A stretch of 64,000 bases of DNA, taken from positions 186,001 through 250,000 of the forward strand of contig CM120646.1 in assembly GCA_051362555.1 (NCBI GenBank), in the 5' to 3' direction. A program made the translations under genes and the position numbers. A model generated the notes under the pieces. It did no database searches. It worked only from the letters and a program-made list of their open reading frames with translations, and had not been told where the DNA came from. The stretch is from Lingula anatina (taxonomy: Eukaryota > Animalia > Brachiopoda). This document shows, piece after piece, positions 13,501 through 26,444 of the stretch. Position 1 is the stretch's first letter, and each line of letters opens with the position of its first letter.

Positions 13501-15907
13501 GAGGATCTGAAAATAGTTTCTCTGTCACCTGAAACATGCTTACAAAAAGACAAATTCAAGTTGAACAGTATTCACTCTATTATTTGAATATTCATATGAA
13601 CAATTGTTTCAGAATAAGTTATAAACACATCTATAATATACATGTAGCAATGTGGTCAACTATAAAGCACGAATACTGAGATAACTCAAACAAACTTTTT
13701 TCTGTATCCAATAACTGAATAAGGTGTAAATATTGCCAAGTTTGTTGGCTACAACACTTACCTTTCTCTACTTTATATGAATGTAATAGCTCTCCAAATG
13801 GCTTGAAGTTGACTTCTTTGTCCAGAGATGCTAAGAAATCGTCTGAGTTGGTCATGTATCCAGGGGGAATCTGTTCTGCTATCTGCTTCTCAATATCATC
13901 TGCCTTATATGGAGAGAATACACAGCATTATCATCTGCCTTATATGGAGAGAATACACAGCATTATCATCTGCCTTATATGGAATGAATATCAACAAAAA
14001 GTGGAGGTATGAAAATACAAACTGGAAATTGCTAACAAATAAATAAAGAAAATATTCTCACACAACCAGAAAAAAGTTGACAAATTCCAGCATCTTTCTT
14101 GTTTTCTTTTCTACATTTTATACAGGACATCTTCCAAAAGGAGGAACATTCCAAACCATGTGTTCTTCTACCTATTATCCATACCATTTACATACCATAA
14201 CACAATACAATGAAAAGTAAATGTTAATTCACTTCGTCCTTTTCATAAATGCTTTACCTCAAGCCATTGTTTACATAGAACTTCAAATGTATTAATTAAA
14301 TGTGTTAAATGACTTCCCAAAAATACATAAAACAACTGATAACTTACAATAACCCCATCAAACTCCTGAGCGGAGACTTTCTCACTGTATTTGATGCCCA
14401 GATATGTAGTAAGTCTGCCAGCACTGTAGTACAGCGACACCTGCAGGTCCTTATAACCAAATATACTCTCACTGCAAACAAATGGTTCAAATTAGACACA
14501 TTTTACTATGCCGTCATGTAGTTGCCAGCACAAAAACATTGGGATCTACTGCTGAACTTTATTTTGTATCAAAATTCTACTTACCACATAATACGACTTA
14601 TAATAATATATTATCCAGGAATTACATAATTTTTCTAAAGTGAGGTCTTTACAGTTCAGTGTATATAAACTAGATGTGGCTACCATACAACTTGACTGTG
14701 TCTACCTGCTGGTGAAAGAACACCCACCTTTCACCAAATATCTGATGTGACATATCTGGGTGAAAACTTTGTCCTTCATCTTCAAAGTCAGCTTGGTCAC
14801 GGACTACAAATGAACAAATCTATCAAAATATTTGAAAGAGGCTTGTGGTATCCTTAACATTATTTGCTCTTAGAGTAAAAATTGTTATTTCAGGCTTCTT
14901 TCTATTGAGCACTATTTGTGAGAGAATGGTCAATGATCAGGAGCAATCGACATCTTGAAATTAAACAGTATTGGTCTGCTATTGTGATTCTCTAATTTCC
15001 TTTGAACACAAAGTGTATTAAGAGATATCAGGGAGATATAAAGATTGCCGTGGGGTGGAATATTCTGCCAAGACTAAAAGTAGCAGTCACTTACCAAGTT
15101 TCATGGAGACAGCTTCATTAGCATCACATTTAAATTCTTCCAGTCGGCTCACCAAGATTGACATGCCTGAGGTAAAAACAAAGAAGATGGGTATAAGAAT
15201 TTAAATTGTATTTGTATTATAATTATCAGTTCATTATTTTTACATAGGTCATTATCTATCATGCTTGTGTGTATGTCTGTCCATTTTTCCCTGGCTTTTA
15301 AATTTCTCCTATCTTCTTCTACAAACTTTGGTGATTGCTGCACTTATCTTCAGGGCTTTGCATGGGTCCTACAAAATTTCAGTAGTACACCTGAGGTTGG
15401 GACTGCCCTGGGGGGGGGGGGGGACAGAATGCTTCTATTCATCACATCTACACATATACATTGTAGGAGTGAGGAAGTTGAAACTGATGATTAATAGTAA
15501 CATATGTTATAAAGCCCTTGAGAATCATAGTGTGCCTTTGGATGGGGCTTTCCCTCGAGAAGGATAATTTTATTTCCTTACATAAACAATTTTTGGAAGC
15601 TTTTAAATAGCTTAAAGAGATATTTCTTATGTGACTGTCCTTATGTTTTAAGACCCTGGCATTAGCGTAGACATTCAGACCGTGGGGTCCCTGGGGATGA
15701 ACTTCTCTTGATAGTATGAGGAAGATACTCATTCAATCACACCGTCTCTTTCGACCCCCTTCAGAAAAATCTGATGGCAAATCTACTAATACTTTCATCA
15801 TCACTTTTGTACTTTAACCAATTTGAAATCAAATAAATTGTAGTTCAAGGATTTGCAAACTCTTAATGATTTTTAAGAAATGCGTAATAAAAATACAAAC
15901 CCGCCAT
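10545..15907 (-). CDS. HAT1: Histone acetyltransferase type B catalytic subunit (about 411 aa)
   Basis: 11 exons: 15907-15901, 15166-15095, 14803-14728, 14471-14348, 13903-13762, 13438-13285, 12887-12777, 12595-12489, 12070-11919, 11128-11012, 10718-10545 (1236 nt, phases consistent). Motifs FHPDMSHQIFGESESIFGYKDL, FLLWYIDAASYIDVDD, RPRMSQVLVLPPFQRMGH, TVEDPSENFQKVRDFVD, QARRVYEILRL, YRLDIKRRLN. Confidence 0.95.
10801..10978. repeat. About 24-bp intronic minisatellite
   Basis: Unit cctttacctgtacaaatacctgta, about 7 copies, in the last HAT1 intron. Confidence 0.9.
11255..11469 (+). mobile_element. PIF/Harbinger-like MITE, copy 2
   Basis: ggctgtattcccagag...ctctggaaatggggtc with a TTA TSD on both sides; near-identical to 51897-52111. 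Confidence 0.85.
12957..13165 (-). mobile_element. PIF/Harbinger-like MITE, copy 3 (inverted)
   Basis: Reverse complement of copy 2 with a small deletion; flanks TAT/TAA. Confidence 0.85.
13894..13983. repeat. 35-bp tandem repeat (about 2.6 copies) spanning a HAT1 splice acceptor
   Basis: Unit tatcatctgccttatatggagagaatacacagcat. Confidence 0.9.
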
Positions 15908-16155
15908 TTTGATTTTCCGCGGGAGAACTTGCAGAGCTGGATTTCATTCGTAAGATATTTTATTAATTAGATTAAGTTTATCAGTTAGCTTATTTCATCA
16001 ATTTTATTACAAAATGTAATACCAACCTTTTTTTATAAATCTTTTGAATCTAAGTAGATCTTTGTCAGTTTTCTAGCCTTTCAAATGTGGACAAACTAAA
16101 GTCAAAACAGTTCATATTAAGTCGATAACGAGGCTCCTAAACGGAGGGTTTCAAA
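15908..16155. promoter_or_regulatory. Bidirectional HAT1/RPE promoter
   Basis: Divergent start codons are only 248 bp apart. A YY1-like aaaatggc motif overlaps both ATGs. Confidence 0.7.
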
Positions 16156-19100
16156 ATGGCAACTTCATGTGAGTGTAAAATCGGTCCCTCGATACTAGCA
16201 GCAGATTTGTCTATGTTGGGGACAGAATGTCAGCGTCTGATGGAGTGTGGAGCAGACTATCTACATCTAGATGTAATGGATGGCCATTTTGTGCCAAATA
16301 TCACCTTTGGTCATCCAGTTGTGAAGTGTCTGCGGCCAAAAGTGCCCGGCGTTTTCTTCGATATGCACATGATGGTTGCTAAACCAGAGCAGGTACAACA
16401 GTCAAGTAGACAGAAAATGCTAGCTAAATGGCGCTTTTTTTGTACATTGTCTGTGGAAGCAAGAACCAAGTCCATGATTAAATGGTTATGGAATTGTTAT
16501 ATTTTAATTAAAAATGTATTTATTTATTTATTTATTTATTTATTTATTACAGAACCTCATAGGCGTGTTGACATTTTTGACAGCTCTTCAGATACTGATA
16601 CCCACCCCACGCTTTGGGGGGCGTCTCGATAGTCCGAAGGTTCACTGGGATGAAGGTTCATTGGTCCAAAAAGTGGTAACATTTTTATCGATTTTTTAAT
16701 CAAGGGTTCATTGGTCCGAAGGTTCTATAGTGAACATTCGGACCAATGAACCTTGGGACTATTGAACCTTCAGACTATCGCTACGGCCCCATGCTTTCTA
16801 CTGTCATATAATTCAGTTTATACATGAGCGAATTGCAATAAGAGACAAATGTGAACTCCTATAAAAGGGATGTACAGATATTTTATCATAAGCCAGTAAG
16901 CATGAAATCAGTTTTGAATAAAAGCATGTGTCCCATGCTTTCTACTGTCATATAATTCAGTTTATACATGAGCGAATTGCAATAAGAGACAAATGTGAAC
17001 TCCTATAAAAGGGATGTACAGATATTTTATCATAAGCCAGTAAGCATGAAATCAGTTTTGAATAAAAGCATGTGTCCCATGCTTTCTACTGTCATATAAT
17101 TCAGTTTATACATGAGCGAATTGCAATAAGAGACAAATGTGAACTCCTATAAAAGGGATGTACAGATATTTTATCATAAGCCAGTAAGCATGAAATCAGT
17201 TTTGAATAAAAGCATGTGTCATGAAATAAGATTCAGCCCAGTATGTTTTGATAAGAAAACAAGTGTATATATTATTATGACACCATAATATATACTGGCC
17301 AGTACTGCAAAACTAAAGCACTGAAAACTATTTAAGGAAAAGCAGACCATCCAGCAAATTAAGTTCAATATTTTGTTTAGGAAAATGAAGAATTAAGTGT
17401 CACAGTGGATTGTTGTTGTGTTTTCAGTGGGTAGAGGGTATGACAGACGCAGGTGCTAACCAGTTCACGTTTCACGTGGAGGCCACGGATGACGTCATAG
17501 GATGCATCAGGAAGATCAAAGAAGCTGGAATGAAGGTGAATGAACTGCTGGCTCTGCACAGCTCTTAGGACAGAGATCAAAGTGGACATAAACTTTTCTC
17601 TGTTTATCTCTGCAAATTATAAAAAATTCCAAATTTTAAAATTTGAATTATACTTGTTGGAACAAAAAAGAATGTTAAAAGTGTGCATAGTGGCTCAAAA
17701 TCATGAAAAATAAGTCCTTTTAATTTGAATAGGAAAATAGACAAGAAAAAAAACATATTTGTTGTGTTTTGAATGATTTGGTCTTGGGAAAAGCTGGCAG
17801 AAAATGTTCAGAACATAATTAAAGTTTATTACAGCTGAGAGTTTGGTAGCAACAACTCAACTACATTATCACTAGCTTTGTTTTCCCTGTCCCTTTTCCC
17901 TGAATATAATTCTCTCTGTGTTCTAGGTAGGTCTAGGAGTAAAGCCAGGTACACCATTCAGTGTCTTATCTTAATATGAATATAATTCTACCTGTGTTCT
18001 AGGTAGGTCTAGGAATAAAGCCAGGTACTCCAGTCAGTGTCTTATCTTAATATGAATATAATTCTATCTGTGTTCTAGGTAGGTCTAGGAGTAAAGCCAG
18101 GTACTCCAGCCAGTGTCTTATCTTAATATGAATATAATTCTATCTGTGTTCTAGGTAGGTCTAGGAGTAAAGCCAGGTACTCCAGTCAGTGCCTTGGTGC
18201 CGTACATAGAGCTGATAGACATGGCACTGGTGATGACTGTGGAGCCAGGATTTGGGGGACAGAAGTTTATGTCAGATATGATGCCTAAGGTAAGTGACTC
18301 ATGTCTGGGAAATAGACTCAAAAACTATGTTAAATTTTGTGCAAAGAAAATTATTAATTTTTGGAAAAAATTCAAAATTAGATTTTCTCAAGATGGGTTG
18401 GATTATATTTTACATTTCTACAAGCATTCTTTAAAATTTTGTGGAGTGGCCCATACTGAAGCCTTCATGATATTTTTAGTAAAGGCACACAATCAGAACA
18501 TGTACTAGAAGAAGGCTTCAGTAAGCTGTGCTATCAGAACATTTACCAGAAGTAACAAAAACTGACCTGTCGTGATATGTTTCTGTAGGTCCAGTATTTA
18601 AGACAGCGCTACCAGGACTTGGATATAGAGGTGGATGGCGGGGTTGGACCAAGTAATATAGATGTAGTAGCTGAGGTAAGATATTGAATGCATATGTAAG
18701 TATAAATATAGTATGAATATGATATATTGATATTATAGAATGTGATGTGATGCATTGTGTTACATGTGACAGCATTTAATACAATACATTGTGCTATGTA
18801 TGACAAGGTTTGGTGCAGTGTGTTAGGTGTGCCGTCATGGATGTGATACATTGTGCTATGTGTGACAAGGTTTGATGCAGTGTGTTAGATGTGCAGTCAT
18901 GGATATGACACATTGTGCTATGTGTGACAGGGTTTGATGCAGTGTGTTAGATGTGCTGTCATGGATGTGACACATTGTGCTATGTGTGACAGGGTTTGAT
19001 GCAGTGTGTTAGATGTGCCGTCATGGATGTGACATTGTGCTAGGTGTGACAAGGTTTGATGCAGTGTGTTAGATGTGCTAGGTAACACAATGACCACATA

Positions 19101-19242
19101 TTTCTATGTCATATTTCAGGCTGGTGCCAACATGATAGTGAGTGGCACTGCTGTGACCGGCAGTGATGAACCCAGAGCTGTGATCAACAGGTTAAAACAG
19201 TCGGTGGAAGAGGCACTGCAGAAAGCCAGGCTGGAGAGATGA
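16156..19242 (+). CDS. RPE: Ribulose-phosphate 3-epimerase (229 aa)
   Basis: Exons 16156-16392, 17428-17535, 18155-18289, 18589-18675 and 19120-19242 (690 nt). Motifs [71 protein letters not shown]. Confidence 0.97.
16616..16790. mobile_element. Small TIR element with internal ~15-bp subrepeats (MULE-like MITE)
   Basis: The ends ggggggcgtctcgatagtccgaagg and ccttcagactatcgctacggcccc are inverted. ggtccgaaggttcatt motifs occur in both orientations. The flanks ccacgcttt / ccatgcttt resemble an 8-9-bp TSD. Confidence 0.6.
16789..17223. repeat. 144-bp perfect triplication in RPE intron 1
   Basis: atgctttctactgtc starts at 16791, 16935 and 17079. Confidence 0.95.
17903..18191. repeat. 76-bp tandem repeat x4 containing the RPE exon 3 acceptor
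   Basis: ttctag|gtaggtctagga.taaagccaggtac with the AG ending at 17926, 18002, 18078 and 18154. Confidence 0.95.
18785..19078. repeat. About 62-bp minisatellite, about 5 copies
   Basis: Unit tgtgacaaggtttgatgcagtgtgttagatgtgc.gtcatggatgtgacacattgtgctatg, in RPE intron 4. Confidence 0.9.
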
Positions 19243-20423
19243 CACCATCTACACTAATACTGCACAGTTTATATCATTGAGGAGACACTGATACAGGCAG
19301 CTGATGAGTCACCACAGGAACCAGAGCCGAATATAACACACACTACATCTACATTGTCATCATCATTCACAATTCATCAGAAATGATCTAAACACACAAT
19401 ATGAGAGGAAACTGCTGAAAATGAAACGAGAATTGATAATCTCATCATCATTCATAGTACACCATCAACAGACTATACAAGCTTTAGGAGAGGAGCCAAA
19501 GATAGCTGTATATTACTGTCCCACACAACACAAGTCATCAACAGACTAAGAAAACAAACTGTAAAACATGGACTGCATTAAGCAATGCAGGAAGGTGTTA
19601 ACATAGGAGCTTAACTTAGGGATCAGTCGTCAGCAAGATGGAGCCAGATGGTACTTGTAGAGGAAACTTGCCAGTGGAATCTCATTCTTCATTGTTTTGA
19701 CTGTAACTGTTATCATAAGAACATGTTATGTGTGTATTGTATTAACTTGTATATTCAACAAAATGAGGCTGGAAACCTCTCTTACTGTTGTTGCATTCCC
19801 CCAGTGGTTAGATAGGTTTTATAGAGATATGTTAAAGGATTGTAACTCAATATTAATTTTAATTGCTGCACAGGAAGAAATTTATTCTCAGAGGGGAGAA
19901 GACGGGAGACTGAACGCTTCTCCCACACATGAACTTGGTAGGTCAGTCTGGCTGGAACATTGCTTAATATGTGTTATGAATGCCTCTTATACTATATTTA
20001 TGAGCATTAGGTTGGTTTTATTCTTTTTAACAGATGGCTTGGAAATTTCTGAAAAAGAACTTAATATTAGTTCCATGGGAGTAAAAACGCACAGTGCAAA
20101 TAACGGCCATCGTATGAATAATAAAATATATGTCTAGAAACCAATGAATTTAAAGCAATAAGCAGGAATTATTCAATAAATTATGCGCTTTTCCCTAAAT
20201 GGCTTTAATTATTGGTACTCTCTTCTTGAATTTTAAAAGAAATCTAAATAATGAAAATTACAGGAAAATCTTGAAACAAAAATCTCAAAAAATGTGGCCT
20301 CTATTGCAGGACAAAAATTGGAACAAACAAGTGACCAGACGAATATACTTATAAAGTTTTTTTTTAATTACGTGGGGGGGGGGTGATTTAAAAGTAAATA
20401 AGGCAAGAAGCATATGTTCAGTG

Positions 20424-20582
20424 CAGTCCCGTAGCCAGCAATTTCAGGACTTTTTCTAAAAAAGTGGACCTTTTACCATGAAACCTTCGTGTACTTAGAT
20501 AAAATTTTACTCAGAGGGGACCTTTTCCCGACAAAAGAGGGGTTCTTTCGAACCCCCCGAACCCCACCTGACTACGGGCCTG
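20424..20582. mobile_element. MITE with CAG termini and 5-bp TSD
   Basis: TIRs cagtcccgtagccag / ctgactacgggcctg; TSD cagtg on both sides. A related inverted fragment lies at about 58140-58269. Confidence 0.75.
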
Positions 20583-21767
20583 CAGTGTAACCGCTACCCG
20601 CGGTTTTCACAGTTGGTGGGGAAAGTGGCAGTTGGATAGCTACGTACACCCTCGTCTCTACAACGGCCCACGTGGCACTGGTTACAGTTCTGTGTTTTCT
20701 GAATGTTTACCTGGATGTCAGGCTACTGCCTTTCAATACATCTATATATGGAACGAATGGAGATTGCCGTGAAAGTCGACAATAACTATTTCTACGCAAC
20801 TCGCCTTCTCGTAGCTAAGATACAGTTAGAGATTTAACTTATCCCGTTCATTAACACCCACGCCAAAATTAATTATTTATTACTAACGCGGATTCGGGAT
20901 AGATTCTCGTTTTTATTAATGTCATTAAATGTTTGCCACAAAAGTTTGTCCAAAGCCAGGACGCGTGTGCGTTTTCTATTAGCTTCTTAATTTTCCATCT
21001 CATGTCCCTGATAGAATATCAACTAAATAATGGAAATATGTTAGGTTTAGTAAAATATAACTTCTGATTGCTATTTTCAAGTATTTAATACTCTTTCAGT
21101 GTCCATTCTTTCCACATTTAATGAGATTTTTCCGACTTCTTGGGAGCGCAAAATACAATTTTTGAGATCGATGCAGAGGGCTCTCTGGACCCCAGGCCGT
21201 ATTTTAAGACTTTTTCACTAAATGGCAGTCTTATCATTGTTTTAATGCATCTGTCCTTTCCATCTCTTTCACACGCGCACATGCACTACGAGGTAACACG
21301 CCATATAGCTCGTGTTTATGTGTGTGTGAGTCATGTTGGTCTGTTAAACTTGCGAATGATTTGAGAACGCACCCACATTAATTTAACTATAAAAATTGTT
21401 TAAATCCAAGCGTACATGTTTTCATTCAATTGGTAGTTTCCGGCGGTTTATATTGGTATTCTGCCGACAGGAAAAGTGAGTGTAAAGACACACGTAGTGG
21501 ACACAGTGGAAGGACCTTCTCAAAAGAAATTGCGCAGTTTAGATATTTTTCATTTTACTTTCTTAAAATGCGTATTTTTTCCTGAAATTAAAGCTATTTT
21601 AGAAGACATACCTGGGAGATGGTTAATTATACGAAAATGTTGTTTTATGCATGGATTGAAATAAAACTGAACGTGCATTATTCGGTTTCAGAACTTATTA
21701 CATCTTTAAAAATGCATGATTCAGAAACATTTGCAACCGTGGGAGAAGTGTCCTGAAATGGTCCCTC

Positions 21768-21906
21768 TGACGTCACCCAGGTAAACACAGAGGACGAGCA
21801 GGCACTTATAAGGACCACCTGAACAGCAACTTTAGATAAGAAAATCGGCTTGAGACCTCCTCATACACGTTTATTACTGTACTTACACTCAGAAGTCGTC
21901 GGAACA
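21768..21906 (+). promoter_or_regulatory. Candidate CRE + forkhead + TATA promoter and non-coding first exon of the peptide gene
   Basis: TGACGTCA 21768-21775, GTAAACA 21781-21787, TATAAG 21807-21812 and a strong donor CA|GTGAGT after 21906. The next coding acceptor on this strand is at 26435. Confidence 0.55.
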
Positions 21907-24710
21907 GTGAGTAAGAGAATCTGAATAAGCCCTGTAGGAAATTCGGGAATCCAAGACTCAGAGACAAATGTAAGTGCGACTTTCTTTATCTCCCATACAA
22001 GGATGTTTCGATCTCTCTCTTTTTTTTTTTTTTTCAAACAACTTAGGTTTGTAGCTTTTACCCCAAGTTGAACTGTTTCTTTGTTCAATGATTTAGTTGT
22101 GATATCCGAAGAAAAAACCGAAATAATTCTTCCGGCGCGGGAAGGGGATTTTTTCTGTTTGTTTTGCGTTCATTCATTTACAGCAAATGAGGTGCCTATT
22201 GCATTTTGAAAAAGAAACGCAGCTTCGACTTGCAAAATAGATACTTCTTGTACAGAATATGCGGAAAGTTTGCTTAGGCCAAGTTTTAATATCTCACAGA
22301 CACCTGAGCGCGGAGAATGATGCTCTCTGACTACAGGGTGCTCTAGTAGTCTGTTATCGTTGATACTTTAAAAATTTTTGTATACTTTTTAAGAAGCCCC
22401 CTAATATCAGAGAGTAGGAAAGTGAGACAATGCAAAGAAACCAGACGGGGATTGTGTTCAGAATAAGATAAATGTCTGATTTTTAAAGGTCTGTTTCAAG
22501 TGAAGTCGGGCCGTCATAGCTTAGTCCGGCCACTCAAATCATTTTCCTTTATTATTTTTTTTTTAATTATTATTTCAAAAACAGGTAGAGTGGACCCCAC
22601 GGCGTTCATGAGCACTTAAATATTTCTTACTCCAACTGGCGTGTCATTTCTGGATCATAACAGCTAGGGCGACTCTGATGACACATTTGAACTTCTGTCG
22701 GATTAAACACTCGAGGTAGTACTGATACGGCTAATTAACAATAGGCCAACTGGGCAAGCCCATGTCAGACTCCTAATACATCTACAAATATAATCATTCC
22801 AGAGGTTAAAAGCAAAATATGGCTACAAGTGACTTTGAAGTATGTTGATCAAGTAGAGAGAAACGCCTCAAAATTTGCTCAGTACAAATATTCAAAAGTT
22901 GTCCTTCGTTATGCCAGTACTTCTCCTTTCAGTGCACACAAAACCTGACCCAACTCATATTTAAAAATGCAGATTTTGGCTGTATCCCGGAGCCCTTGAG
23001 CCGCCCCCGTGGCGTCCAAATGTGACTTTTCGGACACTATTGCGTCAATGCGACGGAACTGAAAGAAACCGACTTCCAAGCTTATTGTTCCCACAAGCAA
23101 ATATACCATCAAATAAATGATGACAGGATCGGCTTTTTATCTCAGTACCATACAACCAGCGGTTCTTAAATTTGTATGGATTTATATTTTACTTTTGCCT
23201 TCAGTATATTCCTGACGTAACGCCTTTTTATTGACAGTTGAAACTGACGTCAGTCACTACGTCAAATTTAATAATGAAAGAAAAATGCGTTTTGATACGA
23301 CAATTAATACAAAAGTTAAGTTTATACAGAATTTAGGAGGGATTTCGTCGCTTGGATACACAGACAGCCATTTACTACCAAATTCATTAAAACATTTGTC
23401 CTTTAAAGTCCAGTAATTCCGTTATAAACCATGCCGTTTGTTTGTTTCAGATTGTTTTCTCTTTGAGTTGGAAGAAAAGTTAATTGGCACGTGAGTGCAA
23501 TGTGCAGAGGCTTTAAAACGCTTATCCACTGCTTAGGTTATTGTAAAAGTCAACCTTTGGAGCGTTATTGAAAACTGTTATCGAACGAGTATAATAAAGT
23601 CAAACGATAATTAAACGAGGGCAAAGATTTCATGTGGATTTATAACGCTTTAAAACTCAATTTTGCATGAGAAGTTTTATTTTCCACTCTAAGCCGAATT
23701 TCAAAATAGACCTCAAGACAAAAGATGGTATTAACCTGAAGACCGACAACTTTGGTTTTATTCAAGACCAAATCCGCGATAGCCCAGTTAAATAAAGTAT
23801 CCATCTACATTAAACAATAGTCAAGTTTTAATTTTTAAGTTCTATGTCCAATATCTTTGGCAAGGTGAACAGCTACTGTTTGAACTGGTGTCAAATAGTT
23901 CATTTTTTAAGTTAAGACCGACTTTTGACTTCAATCCTTTTGTGGAACGCCGCCATTATTGGTTGATTTCCATTTCAAGATGAAGAGGCAGAGTTCTGGG
24001 AAAGTGACCATAATTCAAATCTTGATGGCATTGTTGATAATTTCCCATCAAAGACAAAGCCAATTTCGTATTTTTGGCCCCACACAACACCTGGTAAAAT
24101 ATGTAGTCGTGGTGGTAATCATATATTGCAATATAAAAATCGTCACATGACAGGGGCGGGAACGACACGGGTAGAAAAAATAATGTTCATTTCATTTCGA
24201 CGAGTCTGTTAGCAAATGTTTCTAAAGGTCCTTTAGAAAGGTAAGCGGCTTTTAAAGTGACGTGTAACTTTGTTTTATCAGTCTACATAACTTAGAAAAA
24301 TAGTCCACAGTCTGGACATATTTTGTTTAAAAATTCACTAGGCATACTTTCTAACTTTACATATCTTGTAAAGCTACTATCTTTCCCAATTTTAAGGTTT
24401 TAATTCAGACCTTAAAAACTATAAAAAATAATAGTGCCTGGCGTCGACAGTTCCTTCTGGAATGTACTGAAAACATGGTTTTCTAAATTACTGGCCAGAC
24501 ACTTAGAACATTGTATTAGAAATGGAATAAAACATCAAAACCAAGTGCATTGACAGGTCGAGCAAAGGTTTCGTGAATGGGAGTATATTGGTTTTTTTTT
24601 TCCGGAAGACAATAAAATCTGGCTGTTAAATGCCGTATAAACCTTTCCGTGTGAGCCAAGTAAACAAGTGCAACCTGTGATTTTTTTGTCTTTGCGATCC
24701 TTAATCACCT

Positions 24711-25002
24711 TCATCACCCTGAGGATCATACGACCCAAACTTCTGCCAATCCTCATCACCCTGAGGATCATACGACCCAAACTGCTGCCAATCCTCATCA
24801 CCCTGAGGAACATACGACCCAAACTGCTGCCAATCCTCATCACCCTGCGGATCATACGACCCAAACTGCTGCCAATCCTCATCACCCTGAGGATCATACG
24901 ACCCAAACTGCTGCCAATCCTCACCACCCTGAGGATCATACGGCCCAAACTGCTGCCAATCCTCATCACCCTGAGGATCATACGACCCAAACTGCTGCCA
25001 AT
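24711..25002. repeat. 39-bp minisatellite, about 7.5 copies
   Basis: Unit tcatcaccctgaggatcatacgacccaaactgctgccaatcc; it generates three repetitive ORFs in the track. Confidence 0.95.
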
Positions 25003-26444
25003 CAGTTCTCATAACTTCCTGTGTACATGTATATAAATTATGACACACGCACTCATAAATGGTCTGTGTTAACTAGCAAGCAAATATTGCGGCTCCAAAA
25101 ATGAGATAAAGCAGCAAACAATAATTCATGAAATATCACTAGAAACTTCAGATTTGTCAGTTTCACATCGATAATGAAGTTGTCCCAAGTCGCCATTATT
25201 TACAAACAAAGCCTGATATCTAAGATTTATATGTGTATATTGTATCTTGTCGTCTACCGCGGGAGGTAGTCCAACCTTATCCAGGGATCAGACATGTTAA
25301 CTCTCATGTGGGGGTCTTTTATATCTGGCAACTGTCACAAGATACACATAGACCTGTTCACATATAGTGTTGATTTGAACAGAAATAAACTATAAACTGC
25401 GTCATTAAACGACACAAGTTATACCTCATGGCGTCTTAACCATAAAAAGAAGGCAAAAACAGGTAGAAAGTAGCAGCGTTTTAAAGATGTGGTGTATGGA
25501 CAAGTTGAAGTCCAATGCCGTCACACATACATGCTGGGTTAAATCCAAGTGTTGGTACGGTGTAACAGAAATCCACGATGCATGCTTAGGCATCCAAAGA
25601 GATCTATTTGGGACAGCAAACCCTTTGAAATGTGTCTTAAATCCGAGTTAAGAGACTTTAATCAAGTGGTCGAATCCATTCTTGTTCATTGATATACAGA
25701 ATATTAGTGACCTTGGACGCGTCCAGCTCAGTTGTAACCAAAACAGTTTTAAGACTAGCCGCTTTGATTGCAATATTTGAACACACTAGAAAGGGTATGT
25801 CGTATTCTACTACTCGTGTCTGTCCTCTAGAAGTACTGGTTTTATATCCCTGAGGGAGAGTGCCCTCCATCCATCAACTTCCTGTTCTCAGTTCAGGAAC
25901 AGGTTTACATAATACGCTGCTGAACACGGCCTATGGCGTCATCTTGGTCGTGATTCTTAGAGATTAAACGTAATACGGACACGATTCCACCGTCCAAACA
26001 CATCTAAACTTTTGATACTGGTATCAGGAGTAAAAGTACTACAGTGTGGGGGCGGAGATAATGCACTAAGTAAATGGCACCACCACAATACCGTCCCCCT
26101 TCTGGTCCACACGGGTCTCGCAGACGTCACTACCAGTCTGTGCTCTTTGAAAAAATCTGGAGATCGGATAATTTGAGAAATCATAGAAGATAGCTTGAGT
26201 TTTGAGCTGTGCTATCGTGAAAACAGTAGGGGTACGAAAAGTTCTGATACTTTGGTTGGGTGATGATCATTACTCTTGATAACCGAAGTGTGGGTCACGT
26301 AAATCACTAAAAAATCTTGTTAAACAGATGCGTCCTCATGTAAAAAGGGACATACTTTTCTTCAACACAATCAGCGACATTTTATGGAAATAATTCGCTT
26401 GATCACCTGTGATTTCTTACTGTTATACCTTTCAGACAGCTGCA

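Noticed and set aside
24535-25048. EDWQQFG repeats resembling a multi-copy amidated neuropeptide precursor
   Set aside because: There is no signal peptide and no basic residue after the Gly. Three frames are open simply because the 39-bp unit lacks stops, and it lies in a presumed intron.
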